Notes under the pieces: model-generated
The model's database searches: none
What the model saw: the letters and a program-made list of their open reading frames with translations, nothing else
What the model was told of the DNA's origin: nothing
In this document: piece by piece, positions 29,434 to 39,469 of the stretch
Position numbering within the stretch: position 1 is the first letter of the stretch
Layout: every line of letters starts with the position of its first letter
Source of the DNA: Bdellovibrionales bacterium
Lineage (GTDB): Bacteria > Bdellovibrionota > Bdellovibrionia > Bdellovibrionales > DASUEL01
Assembly (NCBI GenBank): GCA_050250255.1
Contig: JBFWOZ010000025.1
Coordinates: forward strand, 1 to 43,578
Direction: 5' to 3'
DNA length: 43,578 nt
Program-made: the position numbers and the translations under genes

Positions 29434-29455
29434 AATCTATACCTTCTACCTTTTA

Positions 29456-29556
29456 CCACCGCCCATTTTTTTGTCACCAGGTCCTGACCCCTTCCACGAT
29501 ATTCGTTGAGGGGGAGGGGTCAGGACCGATCAGGTGACGGAACAAACGGGCGGCGG
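29456..29556. repeat. Extended imperfect inverted repeat; candidate oriT
   Basis: GGTCCTGACCCC / GGGGTCAGGACC core stem with outer GTCACC/GGTGAC and CCGCCC/GGGCGG; intergenic, just downstream of the relaxase-like gene. Confidence 0.8.
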
Positions 29557-29638
29557 CGGATTTTTTGTGATTGATTTCAATAAGTTCTATATCAAATAAA
29601 AACATTTAACCTGCTCACCTAGCTATTCCCACTGAGAA

Positions 29639-30334
29639 CTAAGTGGGAATAGCATCTTTGAGTACATTTACGGACTGCTGTCGCCATTGATTCAGAGTCA
29701 CGAAGGTCACTGAAATTTGCTTTGTCGGAAAATAAACGTGGTCCATCATTTCTTTAATCGCGCGTTCAATTGCTAGATCTTTGCAAATAAAAATGATGGA
29801 CCTAATGTGCTTCATGGCGGCGTAGGCGCTCAAAATCTGAACATATCGTTTTCGACTCTTAAGCGTCATTTCTAGTTCAATGGCTGCGAGGTATTCTTTG
29901 CTCGTGTCTTTGCAGGCTACGACAGCATCAGGGTACTTAATATAATCGCCTTGGCTTTGAATTAGAAAAGTCGTTTTGCCGTGCATTTTAAGTTCAGCTT
30001 CAGTCATCCATTTCGTAAGTGAACCAGCGCGCTCAGCTGTCATAATTCCACGAAGCAAAACTTCGTCATGAGTAAATTGAGAGATCGACGGCGCTTTTGC
30101 CGCCACCGATTGGACGGCCGAAATCACATTTTTGTTATAACGATTTAAAACCAAGACGTTTTTGACCCTCGAATTTGGATAGGGCATAAAATAGCCACGG
30201 TCTTGAAGCGCTTTCCAAGAAACATTCTTCCATCTCTTCGAGCCGCCTTGAAAAATGAACTCTTCCCAAAACTCTTTTGTTAAGAATCCTGTCTTGGCCG
30301 TAATAGAAACTGCTTTCTCTGGAAAGTGCTTCAA
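29639..30334 (-). CDS. PD-(D/E)XK replication-relaxation (MOBC-like) putative relaxase
   Basis: FTHDE, KYPDAVV...AIELEMTLKSRKRY; TTG start overlapping the previous TGA, GGAGGA RBS; last gene of the tra operon. Confidence 0.65.
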   Translation of the reverse strand: MKHFPEKAVSITAKTGFLTKEFWEEFIFQGGSKRWKNVSWKALQDRGYFMPYPNSRVKNVLVLNRYNKNVISAVQSVAAKAPSISQFTHDEVLLRGIMTAERAGSLTKWMTEAELKMHGKTTFLIQSQGDYIKYPDAVVACKDTSKEYLAAIELEMTLKSRKRYVQILSAYAAMKHIRSIIFICKDLAIERAIKEMMDHVYFPTKQISVTFVTLNQWRQQSVNVLKDAIPT

Positions 30335-30786
30335 TTTTCCTCCCAACGAGCGGGTTCAATAATAATATACTCAAAGTGTCCCTCAACAAAGCGATTGCCG
30401 ACAATTTTGCCTTCGACCCATCGAGACTCAACTTTCGGTTCTCGCAACGATGGAGGCGTGCCTTGTTTAGATTGAGGCACAGAAGCTTTTCCTTTTTGAA
30501 AAGCCTCACGTTTTTGTTTTTCGGTCGAATTAAAAATTGCGGAACCCGCAATCATACCCGCCATTCCGCCAAATGCGGAACCGACAACAACATTTCGAGT
30601 TCGGTACTCGCCATCTTTGCCTGGGTCCGCGATACCACCAAGCACCGCGCCAGTGCCGGCACCAATCGCACCGCCAAGACCTACGCTTTTTCCTTGAGTT
30701 GCACAGCCCATGAGCGAAAGTATAAGCGCTGCTATTTGAATCAGCGCAAAATAATAAATTGCGATCTTTTCATTTCGCTTAACCAT
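30331..30786 (-). CDS. Glycine-zipper lipoprotein of the conjugation operon (VirB7/TraV-like role possible)
   Basis: LMGC lipobox, GxxxG repeats. Confidence 0.7.
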   Translation of the reverse strand: MVKRNEKIAIYYFALIQIAALILSLMGCATQGKSVGLGGAIGAGTGAVLGGIADPGKDGEYRTRNVVVGSAFGGMAGMIAGSAIFNSTEKQKREAFQKGKASVPQSKQGTPPSLREPKVESRWVEGKIVGNRFVEGHFEYIIIEPARWEEN

Positions 30787-32399
30787 TAAATGCCTCTTTC
30801 GTTTAAAGAGTTTTGCTTGGAGTTAGACTTATCTTCTTCCATTAGGATTGAAAGACTTGTAGCTGACATTTTAGGCACCTTCTCAAGAGGAGATCCTTTC
30901 AGATCATCATACTTACGAAATCTAATATTGATGGCAGAGCTACCGGAGTCATGGGGCACAATCATGACAGCTTCTCCAACGCCCAATTCATTTTTAAATC
31001 TGTTGGGATGAACAATGAATTCCTCAACCTCTCGTGCCGAAACATCTCCGGTAGACTGCTCATCAATAAAACCCTTCTTTCTTCGCTCGGTGTATTTGGT
31101 GCCTTTGGCAGTACCAATTACTTTCGCAAAGTATTCAGCCGAGTCGGGATCATTGCCGCGCATAAATACTTTCAAATTGGCATTGGTCAGAATCGTATTC
31201 GAAATGGCATCACCCAAAGTTTTAATATCGCCAAGAGCTTGATGAGCAAAAACGATTCCCACATTTGCGCTCCTGGATTTATTAAGAACCGAAACAAAGC
31301 CTGGATAGAGGTACTCAGAAAAATCATCCAGAAACACCGAAAAGAATTTCTTGTTTTCGCTTGAGCCCCTATGTCGATTTGCTACCGCACTTTGAAGCGA
31401 TTGAAGAATCAATTTGCCCGAAGCTTTTCCAAGAAACGGCGAAAGCAAAACCGGTAGTTGAAAGTACACTATTAGATTTTTTTCTAGTGCATCTTCAAGT
31501 GTGATTGCCGGAGTTTCGGCATTAAAGAGACAAGCGGTTCGTCCAAACGCAAAGTGACTGATAGCAGCGGTCAATCCACTGGTTCTTTGCACGCGTTCAT
31601 TAGGTGGCAGGTCTCTAAAATATTCCGTCCACTCAATCAGAGCTTTGTCAGAAATATCCCGCGCCATTGCAACCAATGCCGGTGGCCGAGTGATCGCTTG
31701 GTGGATTCTTAAAAATGTCGGAATTTCTTTTTTAGCTTCAAAAACTCTTAGCACTTGGGAAAAGACTTCATACTGAAGACTTCTGTAATGTGGATTTTCG
31801 AATTCAAATGAATTAAATACTCTTTCCGCTATTTCTTCAGGTGTTCCACCGATAAGAGGATTAAATTGATGCGATTGTTCGATACTGCCCAGAGAGAAAA
31901 GTCTAAAATCCTTTTGTCGGCCGGATTTTTCAACATAAGCCCATAGCTTGTTAAGTAATGAGCTATCAGATTTACCGTCAATAAGAATTAATCCTCGTCC
32001 CTGTTCAATATCTTGAATCGCCCACGGTAGGATCACAGATTCGGTTTTTCCTGCGTTAGTCGTTCCAATAATTTGGGTATGCATAGAGCGCTGCTTAGTT
32101 TTAATAAAAACATTTTCATTTTTATCAGTTACCCCGCAGAACACAGCGTCTTCGGCTGGACCCAATATGGTCATTTGGTTTTTATTCTTTTCCTTCATCT
32201 TTTTTGTTCGTCGAAGGAAGAGATACATAAACCCAGCAAACAGACTGCCTACGAGTACCGAAAAAATAATTCTATGCTCGATTGGTTTGATCCAAACTAA
32301 AAACCAAACTATGAATTTATCAACCGCCGCTATAAGTGCAAATAATCCGGCGACAATTATAAGGTGATAGTCGTTTGAGGGTTTGGCTTTATTGTCCAT
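30786..32399 (-). CDS. Type IV coupling protein (VirD4/TraD-like)
   Basis: 2 N-terminal TM segments, HTQIIGTTNAGKT, IDGK, FNPL, FLDDF, NKSRSA, HQALGD. Confidence 0.9.
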   Translation of the reverse strand: MDNKAKPSNDYHLIIVAGLFALIAAVDKFIVWFLVWIKPIEHRIIFSVLVGSLFAGFMYLFLRRTKKMKEKNKNQMTILGPAEDAVFCGVTDKNENVFIKTKQRSMHTQIIGTTNAGKTESVILPWAIQDIEQGRGLILIDGKSDSSLLNKLWAYVEKSGRQKDFRLFSLGSIEQSHQFNPLIGGTPEEIAERVFNSFEFENPHYRSLQYEVFSQVLRVFEAKKEIPTFLRIHQAITRPPALVAMARDISDKALIEWTEYFRDLPPNERVQRTSGLTAAISHFAFGRTACLFNAETPAITLEDALEKNLIVYFQLPVLLSPFLGKASGKLILQSLQSAVANRHRGSSENKKFFSVFLDDFSEYLYPGFVSVLNKSRSANVGIVFAHQALGDIKTLGDAISNTILTNANLKVFMRGNDPDSAEYFAKVIGTAKGTKYTERRKKGFIDEQSTGDVSAREVEEFIVHPNRFKNELGVGEAVMIVPHDSGSSAINIRFRKYDDLKGSPLEKVPKMSATSLSILMEEDKSNSKQNSLNERGI

Positions 32400-33354
32400 A
32401 GGTCCCTCCAGGATCTCGAAACGTAAACGGCTGATTGATGACGGCTTGGGTTTCAGCACCAGCAGAAAGTTCAATCCATTTCTTTTCTTTACTCATATCT
32501 TCGGCCCACACGGTTGCTCGGTCTTTAGCTGTTTCCGCAACCGCATTTTTTAAACCATTTTCGTGACCGCCTTCCGAAGCACCCAACATCCCTGTGGACA
32601 TTGACCCCACTGCATAAGCGCCAATAAATTTTGTGAGTGTCTGTCCAAGAGTATTTTTAAGCGCCTCGGAATGTACTTTACCCTTAACGCCGACTTGTCC
32701 ATCATCAGAAATCCCCAAAGCTGAGATTTGCCGTTGTCGTCCATCAGGATAAACGATAGAACGCCAAGCGATTTGCGCTCGCTCAATCGACCCATCAAAA
32801 GAAGCTTCTCCGTATAGCTTCGCACCCTCTGGAATTGCCATGCTGTCATCATGATCGACTTCTTTTGTTACAACCCCAATGACGGGCATGGCTTGGCTTG
32901 CTACGGTCACTTGTTGCGTGAGACGGAGCCGCATTCGTGTACCAGGCGGAACTTGCGTTTTCGAATTCATCCCACCACGAGTTAAGATCATCGAACTGTT
33001 TTTGTCTTGCGACTTGTTGCCGCCACTACTCCCTTGATAGAGGTGATTGAGTGAAGATGGCGCGACACTTCGATTCAGTTGACCCTGCTGTAGCTGTGCC
33101 CAGGCATCCTCAGTGGGATTACTTGCGGCTACTTTGTCCGTAGAACCAGGCTCCGCTCTCTCATGAAAAACAGTTTCATCTGGTTTTGGAGTCGGCATCA
33201 ATAGCAACAAGACAACGGCAGTTACTACAACAAGGCTGCCAAAATTTCTCATGGCTTTCCAATTTAGATCTCGCTTGTTCGTGAAGGGCTTAGGCTCCTT
33301 CAGCACGGCTTTTGAAAGCCAGGCGTAAATGCTATTCTTTTTTGCTACTTCCAT
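32389..33354 (-). CDS. VirB10/TrbI-like conjugation core protein
   Basis: Single TM, low-complexity linker, VPPGT, IPEGAKLYG, DGQVGVKGKV. Confidence 0.75.
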   Translation of the reverse strand: MEVAKKNSIYAWLSKAVLKEPKPFTNKRDLNWKAMRNFGSLVVVTAVVLLLLMPTPKPDETVFHERAEPGSTDKVAASNPTEDAWAQLQQGQLNRSVAPSSLNHLYQGSSGGNKSQDKNSSMILTRGGMNSKTQVPPGTRMRLRLTQQVTVASQAMPVIGVVTKEVDHDDSMAIPEGAKLYGEASFDGSIERAQIAWRSIVYPDGRQRQISALGISDDGQVGVKGKVHSEALKNTLGQTLTKFIGAYAVGSMSTGMLGASEGGHENGLKNAVAETAKDRATVWAEDMSKEKKWIELSAGAETQAVINQPFTFRDPGGTYGQ

Positions 33355-34064
33355 GCGCTAACCTTTGGAATTGTGAGATATGAATTCTTTTTTCTTCTCA
33401 GCTCAACTCGTAATGTTTCTTGAAGATTCAAATCGTTTTTTATAATTTGAATCATTCCGTCGATAGGCTCATCAGGTCGCACTTCGAGATTAGACAAAAA
33501 TAAATTATGGATAGGCCGAGTTTGACCACCCTGAGTTAGCCAAAGCCAATCCGCTTTAACTTTTTCTTTTTTAAGTCCCAAAATTCGAAACTCAACTATG
33601 AGTATGCCGTCTTTAGTCTGTCCAAGGCGTTTGGTTTCAACAGTCAGTGCATCGTTTACAAGTTTGTTCTTAAAATTTGTCCAACGCAGACTAGGTTTCG
33701 CCTTTTTCTCTGGGGTCTTTGCGCTCTCAAGATAGACAACATAGTCGGCACTTAAAATATCGCCTGGAACCAACAGCACATTGAAGCGCTTCCAATCCGT
33801 ATAAATATACAAATTGCTTTTCGCTCCTCGATAAAGTGGTTTAATTGTTATCGCTTGATCTAAATACTCAACCTTGAAGGCTTCTTGATCGCCAACAACG
33901 ACACTGTTGGGCCGATCAGGTACTTGAATGATTGTCGCAATACCAACAGTGGTCTTAACGTTTACTATTTGGTCGCCCTCGACGGGCACATGGCGCACTT
34001 TTGCCCATGCGTCTATACAAAGAAACATAATAGGCAGTGTGATACCTAAAAGGAGTCGGAACAT
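33345..34064 (-). CDS. VirB9/TrbG-like conjugation protein
   Basis: Signal peptide, GIATIIQVP, VVGD, ITIKP, SNLYIYTD. Confidence 0.75.
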   Translation of the reverse strand: MFRLLLGITLPIMFLCIDAWAKVRHVPVEGDQIVNVKTTVGIATIIQVPDRPNSVVVGDQEAFKVEYLDQAITIKPLYRGAKSNLYIYTDWKRFNVLLVPGDILSADYVVYLESAKTPEKKAKPSLRWTNFKNKLVNDALTVETKRLGQTKDGILIVEFRILGLKKEKVKADWLWLTQGGQTRPIHNLFLSNLEVRPDEPIDGMIQIIKNDLNLQETLRVELRRKKNSYLTIPKVSAWK

Positions 34065-34128
34065 ATCAACCCTCTCTGTTACAAATTTTTTGGCATTTTC
34101 AAATGGAAAAACATTAGAGCCGTACGTA

Positions 34129-34713
34129 CTATTCTTCTTTTTCCTTAGTGATATACAGACCCCAAGGATTGTCCTTTGTTCTCGGTCCGCTCTCAAAACT
34201 AAGTTCTAATCGAAGATTACCAGCAGCCTTAAGTCCTTGGATGTCCGTTACGCGATCACCCTTTACAAAAACCGTTTTATTTTTGAGATTAACCTCCATG
34301 ACTTCTGGATAAACCCTTTGGGACACCAGTTTTTCTGTGGAAAATTTCGCCACGTTTGTTACGGCCGCTTGAAATGCGCTAAGACTACTAGAGAGTACAA
34401 ATGCTTGCGCATTTTTGAGTTTTTCCTGAACATTTTTAGGCTCCCATTTGTATCTCAGATCAATGTAGGCTTTAACCGCGGCACGAATTTGATCTTCGGC
34501 TTTTGGAGCTTCTCTTTGTTCTAGAACTGAAGCCGAAGTATCGAGTGTGAGTAAAACTGCGGGCCGTGTGGCCATCACAAAAAGTAATGCAAATACTAGT
34601 GTCACAAGAATAAGGGACAGTAGCGAAAACAGTTTTAAAAACTGATTAGAGTGGCGCAATTCTCCTAGCATTTCAGGTAATTTTCTTAATGTTAAGTTAA
34701 CAGTTTTTTCCAT
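34129..34713 (-). CDS. VirB8-like conjugation protein
   Basis: Single TM, C-terminal RTKDNPWGLYI motif. Confidence 0.75.
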   Translation of the reverse strand: MEKTVNLTLRKLPEMLGELRHSNQFLKLFSLLSLILVTLVFALLFVMATRPAVLLTLDTSASVLEQREAPKAEDQIRAAVKAYIDLRYKWEPKNVQEKLKNAQAFVLSSSLSAFQAAVTNVAKFSTEKLVSQRVYPEVMEVNLKNKTVFVKGDRVTDIQGLKAAGNLRLELSFESGPRTKDNPWGLYITKEKEE

Positions 34714-34723
34714 TTTTATTTCC

Positions 34724-35599
34724 TTAGAGTTTTGTAGATGGTTTGTATTTAAGTTTTTGAGCTTGGTCGCGCGCAAATGATCCGGTGTTAGAAAGAACAT
34801 TTCGACTGGTCATAGTTGTCATCGCGACCCGTGCGGGTGCTGCGACCATTGCGGCCACCGCAGAAGCGCCAAGTGTTGAGGACATTGCTTGAAATCCTGA
34901 TCCCACGATTGATTTTACAACCATCGGAGTTAGGAGCATTGCCACAGCGATAACGAAGTTCATTACGATAAGTGTTATGTAGTTTCCCTCGGCACGATAA
35001 GCGTCGCCAAAAGAAAGTGCGGTTAACATTGTGCCAAGGATGGCCCAAACAATTTTCCAGCTTGCGACTTCAATCATGCCTCGGAATAAATTCGCGGTAA
35101 TGCGGGTGGTACTCGAAAATACATTAAATAATAATAACAACGGAGCCGTCACCATAAAGAACGCCCAGAAGAAGTGATACATGGCTATGGTGATGTACCT
35201 TGCAATATACAAAACCAAGAAACTCAGAAACGAAAGCGTCGCAATTATCAAATCGTTGAACTGAAGTAACACGCTAGTTGGTGAAAGCGAATAATTTTGA
35301 GATTTCTCCTGAGCCATTCTAATAATCGTATCGAGGCTATTGAGATTATCAATTCTCTCGGTAATTCCGTCAGCCACAAACAAAATAGCTCGACTGATTT
35401 CTGGAAATGCAACCAATAAAACCGTTGCGGTTACGGTTCGCTTTAGAATATCCAGAAATTCAGAACTACCTTGAGGCGATCTAAACCATGCAACAGCAAT
35501 CGCCAGTGCGAAAAATACGGGCAACATGAGATAATAAATTTGCACAAACTCTTGATGCAAATTTGTCATTAGCGTGCCCAATAATTCAAACTGTGGCAT
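34724..35599 (-). CDS. VirB6-like polytopic membrane protein
   Basis: Multiple TM segments, APL, position between VirB5-like and VirB8-like genes. Confidence 0.7.
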   Translation of the reverse strand: MPQFELLGTLMTNLHQEFVQIYYLMLPVFFALAIAVAWFRSPQGSSEFLDILKRTVTATVLLVAFPEISRAILFVADGITERIDNLNSLDTIIRMAQEKSQNYSLSPTSVLLQFNDLIIATLSFLSFLVLYIARYITIAMYHFFWAFFMVTAPLLLLFNVFSSTTRITANLFRGMIEVASWKIVWAILGTMLTALSFGDAYRAEGNYITLIVMNFVIAVAMLLTPMVVKSIVGSGFQAMSSTLGASAVAAMVAAPARVAMTTMTSRNVLSNTGSFARDQAQKLKYKPSTKL

Positions 35600-35600
35600 A

Positions 35601-36311
35601 CTAATTTCCCCCTTGATTGATCGTCTGTAACTTTGTTTCTTTTGGAAGCTGACCAAGAGCTAAAGACAACCCGTCGTATTGCGTTTTAAACTGTGCCGAT
35701 TGCAGTTTTTCTCTTCTGTTTTGTAGAGCGGAGCTTTCGCCAAGCATTTTAAGCATCATGGAATTTGTTCTTAGAACTTGGGTGGACACACCAATTAGTA
35801 TTGCAATAGATTGAGCGATTAGCTTACCTGCACCTTGAGGGCTTACAACACGAGCGTGCTCGATAATTCTTTTGCTCTCGTCATCAGCTTGATCTGCAAA
35901 GGTGAATAAAGTTCCATTCATCGCAATGCTTTCTGCAACGGAACGATCTTGTGATTCTTGTAGTCTTGCCTCGGCCGTTTGGGGAATTCGACCATAAAGA
36001 TCATTGATAACTTTTAACACTTGATCAGCAGTATCGAGATTTCCATAGAGACCAGGATTGAATCTAGGATTAATGATTTGAATAATCGCTAAGCCTTCAC
36101 GAATCCCACGGTTAATATCTTGGAGTAAATCCAACGTATCGGACCCAGTTGTTAGAATTTGTCTCAGTTGAATCAATTGCTGAACTGCATTTGCCAAAAT
36201 TTGGACCAGCACTACCACATCACCTCCCCACATATCTGCGCGACTAGGTTGAGGGGCCATTAATGTTAAACTCAAGAGAGTGGCTAATATTCGTTTTTTG
36301 ATTTTACTCAT
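35601..36311 (-). CDS. VirB5/TrbJ-like secreted helical protein
   Basis: Signal peptide, Q-rich helical body, follows VirB4 with ATGA overlap. Confidence 0.6.
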   Translation of the reverse strand: MSKIKKRILATLLSLTLMAPQPSRADMWGGDVVVLVQILANAVQQLIQLRQILTTGSDTLDLLQDINRGIREGLAIIQIINPRFNPGLYGNLDTADQVLKVINDLYGRIPQTAEARLQESQDRSVAESIAMNGTLFTFADQADDESKRIIEHARVVSPQGAGKLIAQSIAILIGVSTQVLRTNSMMLKMLGESSALQNRREKLQSAQFKTQYDGLSLALGQLPKETKLQTINQGGN

Positions 36312-38821
36312 GCCTTCTCCTTTTTGCCGTTTGCAATCCCGTTGGGATACATTTCTGCCGACTGCTCGATTGCCGTCATTTGCGTTAAACCCTGACTTTT
36401 TAGTTTTTCGAGGTGCATGTTGTCCTGTGCATCGCTCGTCGAGAGCCAATATTCAAACGGACTTGGATTGATGCGAACAACTTGCCGATGGTCTCCTTCA
36501 ATCATGAATCCTTCAGAAAATTCGCCTTTGCGTTGTTCTAATGAACCGATAAGCGAAAGCTCTTGTGAGTTGAGCTTTAACGCTTGTTTTAAGACTTCGG
36601 AATCACCCCGCTGAAGCATGACAAACTTAGTCGCCGTATTATTGAGAATCGCGGGTCCAATGGGACTAGCAACAATTTCTTCGACACCTTGGGTGATGAA
36701 AGTAATTCCAGATCCGGTTTTTCTAAGGGTGCGCGCACAATACTCCATGAAACTTGAAGCCGCGTTACTTTTTAAAAGTTCCCAAGCTTCGTCCAAAATA
36801 ATTCGTTTTTTGCAGGACTTGTCTTTTTCCACTTGAGCTAAAATGAAATCCGTTAGAATCAAGATCATAACGCTCTGAAGATCGGGATAACTTGATAAGC
36901 CTTTGAGATCAAATGTGCAAATCGGCGCATCAGTTCTCAAGCTGCCTGGTCCATCTAGTAAGCGACCGTATGGTCTTTCTCCAGTCCACAGATAAAGCAT
37001 TTTAGAGATTGATTTCATCGACTCTTCTTTAAACGCCGAGAGGTACCTCGATAAATCACTTAGCGTCGGAACTTCGCGCTTTGCTCTTCTACTTTTATAA
37101 AGTTCGATAATCGCTTTTTCTAAGAGCGCGCGGTCGAGCTTCGGAAGTTTTGACTTATCATCTTCTGCCACCATGCTTTCAATGATTGCGAGTAGCGATT
37201 TCAATTTTTGATCGCTAGGCTCTTGGCTTGGATCAGAAATATCAAAAGGGTTGATACGATAATGGTCGGAGAGATTAACCTCCAAATACTGCCCACCAAG
37301 TGCTTCTGTTAGTTTTTTATAGGAACCTCCTATATCAATAATAAAAACACGAAGGTTTCTGGCGAGTTCCTGTAACAGAATGCAATTATTTAAGAAGCTC
37401 TTTCCGGCACCAGATGAGCCGGTGACCAAGCAATTATAATTTGGCAGTCCTGGATCAAACGGATTGTAGCTAATAAGCCCATTCATTCGGTTTCTAAAAA
37501 TGACTGCCGGATCTTTATCACCTTCGCGAGGTCCGTATACCGGAAGAAAATCTGCGAGATTATTAGTTTTCATCTTTCGCCCGCGCTCTAAACTTACGGG
37601 AGCGCATGGTAGTGAGCCCTTAACAATCTTCCAACTGCCGACGGTCTCCTCTAAACCTTCCGCGCCCTGTAAGGCGCGGAATCGCGAAAGTACATCTCTG
37701 ACCTGTCTGTTTAATTTTTTTGTTCCATCACTTGTATTAGGCGCTCTCAGCACTATACTCATTTGAGCCGCATAGATGCGTTGTCCCGAATTAAGGAGCT
37801 CACGAATCAACTCTTCTGTCGAAGAAAGCTTGGTTTCGCTCTCAAGATCGCTTGCCTTACCGCCGTGAGTTGCCGCAAGCGAGTGAGCCATTCGTCGCTT
37901 TTGCTGAAGTTTGGCCATTTCATCGGCTTGAGGTGGGACCTCAAGAGTCAAAATCAAATCATAGTGAAAGGGCATTCTCAAAAAATTTGATAACTGTCCT
38001 GCGAATGTCTGCTCAGGAAGAGTTTTTAAAGTGATGACCTTATGAAAATGGGAATCAAGCGTGAAATGGTCAAATCCCAGCAAGAGATCGCCGAAAACTA
38101 ATTGCTCTCTGGGTGACTGGGTTGCGAGCCAATCAGATTCCGCCAAAATTTCTTTTTCTAAATCTGTGTCTTCAGATGCCGTAATTTTCGGTAAAGGCTC
38201 TGTGATTGATCTCTTAGGATTTAGAAAGCCGTAAATATTGGCTAACAACTCTTGACGACTCAAAGACCGAGTTGAAAGTCCAATAGATTGAAATGTAGAC
38301 GCAAGGGATTCGAGATTCTGTCCTAAAAGTTCTAGCGTCTCTTCGTAAGCCTGACCTGCAAGATTTGAGAACAGTTCCTTCTTTTTCATAAATCCTGAAG
38401 ATTTGGCATCAACCATCTTTGTTCTAACAAAGATAAATAACTTCGGTCGATAGAGCTCACGATCCTCCAAGGCTGAATTTAAACGGGCATGTCGATAATC
38501 GGCAATTCGCTTAACCAACGGATGAATTTGGTCTATCTGTCCGTTTCGATGAGCGGTCAGCATTTCAGAAAAATCAGAACGCACAGTAAATAAAAACTGA
38601 AGCGATGTGTTTTCAGAAACAGAATTTAAAGCAGAGCGAAGGCCGACCGCAAATTGGTTGATTTTATTCTCATCAAAACATTCAATATCAATCAAAGAGA
38701 CGTGCAGCCCACTAACAAGTGAACCGTCATTTAGCACGGCGTGACCGCGTGGTTCTTCAATAAAGTCCCAATAAGGGAGCTCCTCTGCAAGAGGAGCATC
38801 GGCGAATTGTTTATTACTCAT
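36308..38821 (-). CDS. virB4: VirB4-family conjugation ATPase
   Basis: NCLVTGSSGAGKSF, IIDIGGSY, INPF, ILDEAW, RTLRK, FITQ. Confidence 0.92.
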   Translation of the reverse strand: MSNKQFADAPLAEELPYWDFIEEPRGHAVLNDGSLVSGLHVSLIDIECFDENKINQFAVGLRSALNSVSENTSLQFLFTVRSDFSEMLTAHRNGQIDQIHPLVKRIADYRHARLNSALEDRELYRPKLFIFVRTKMVDAKSSGFMKKKELFSNLAGQAYEETLELLGQNLESLASTFQSIGLSTRSLSRQELLANIYGFLNPKRSITEPLPKITASEDTDLEKEILAESDWLATQSPREQLVFGDLLLGFDHFTLDSHFHKVITLKTLPEQTFAGQLSNFLRMPFHYDLILTLEVPPQADEMAKLQQKRRMAHSLAATHGGKASDLESETKLSSTEELIRELLNSGQRIYAAQMSIVLRAPNTSDGTKKLNRQVRDVLSRFRALQGAEGLEETVGSWKIVKGSLPCAPVSLERGRKMKTNNLADFLPVYGPREGDKDPAVIFRNRMNGLISYNPFDPGLPNYNCLVTGSSGAGKSFLNNCILLQELARNLRVFIIDIGGSYKKLTEALGGQYLEVNLSDHYRINPFDISDPSQEPSDQKLKSLLAIIESMVAEDDKSKLPKLDRALLEKAIIELYKSRRAKREVPTLSDLSRYLSAFKEESMKSISKMLYLWTGERPYGRLLDGPGSLRTDAPICTFDLKGLSSYPDLQSVMILILTDFILAQVEKDKSCKKRIILDEAWELLKSNAASSFMEYCARTLRKTGSGITFITQGVEEIVASPIGPAILNNTATKFVMLQRGDSEVLKQALKLNSQELSLIGSLEQRKGEFSEGFMIEGDHRQVVRINPSPFEYWLSTSDAQDNMHLEKLKSQGLTQMTAIEQSAEMYPNGIANGKKEKA

Positions 38822-39138
38822 AATCTATTCCTTTTAAATTTTCTATAGAGACGATCCGCACCTCCAGCCGCTCGATAGGCTGGTTGCGCTAAATACTCGC
38901 CCAGGTGTTGCAAGAAACCGTCGGGTCTTCCTCGTTTCGCAAAGTAGAGGAACAACGCCAATCCCAGCGTTGTTCCCCATACCAGCGGGTAACGAAAAGA
39001 AGTGGTTCCAAAAATCAAATTTGTGATCGCGAGGTTAAAAAAGATCAGCAAAAGGTCTGGCAGTTCATAACCAAATAATTTGCTTTTCATTTCTAGTGCG
39101 CGCGGCACTTTCGTGGTCAAAAGTCCTTGTTCTTCCAT
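38818..39138 (-). CDS. VirB3-like membrane protein
   Basis: 106 aa, 2 TM segments, KLFG, KRGRPDGFL; between pilin and VirB4. Confidence 0.7.
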   Translation of the reverse strand: MEEQGLLTTKVPRALEMKSKLFGYELPDLLLIFFNLAITNLIFGTTSFRYPLVWGTTLGLALFLYFAKRGRPDGFLQHLGEYLAQPAYRAAGGADRLYRKFKRNRL

Positions 39139-39147
39139 GCTGGTCTC

Positions 39148-39441
39148 CTAACGAACCGTTTGCGAAATAAAATCCACAATGGCTTGCGCTCCAAATCCAA
39201 AAATACAACCCAGTACCGCATAGACGATGTGCTGTTTTGCATTTGGATTGCCTGTAAAAAATGAGATTGCGGCAATCGCGATCCCAATGACAGAAAGCAA
39301 AGGCAAAATAACTCCTGTGAGCTTGGTCTTAATTCCCATGAGACTTGATTCAAGTCCGGCATGTGCCAATTCTGGAAAACAGATATGCATTGCCAAAAAC
39401 GCCACGAACAAAAAACCAAAAGTGCGTAAATTCATACTCAT
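39148..39441 (-). CDS. TrbC/VirB2-family pilin
   Basis: Signal peptide ending PELAHA, two hydrophobic helices, FGAQAIV. Confidence 0.85.
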   Translation of the reverse strand: MSMNLRTFGFLFVAFLAMHICFPELAHAGLESSLMGIKTKLTGVILPLLSVIGIAIAAISFFTGNPNAKQHIVYAVLGCIFGFGAQAIVDFISQTVR

Positions 39442-39469
39442 TCCTGCTCCGTTGTTAGTTGTTTTAAAC

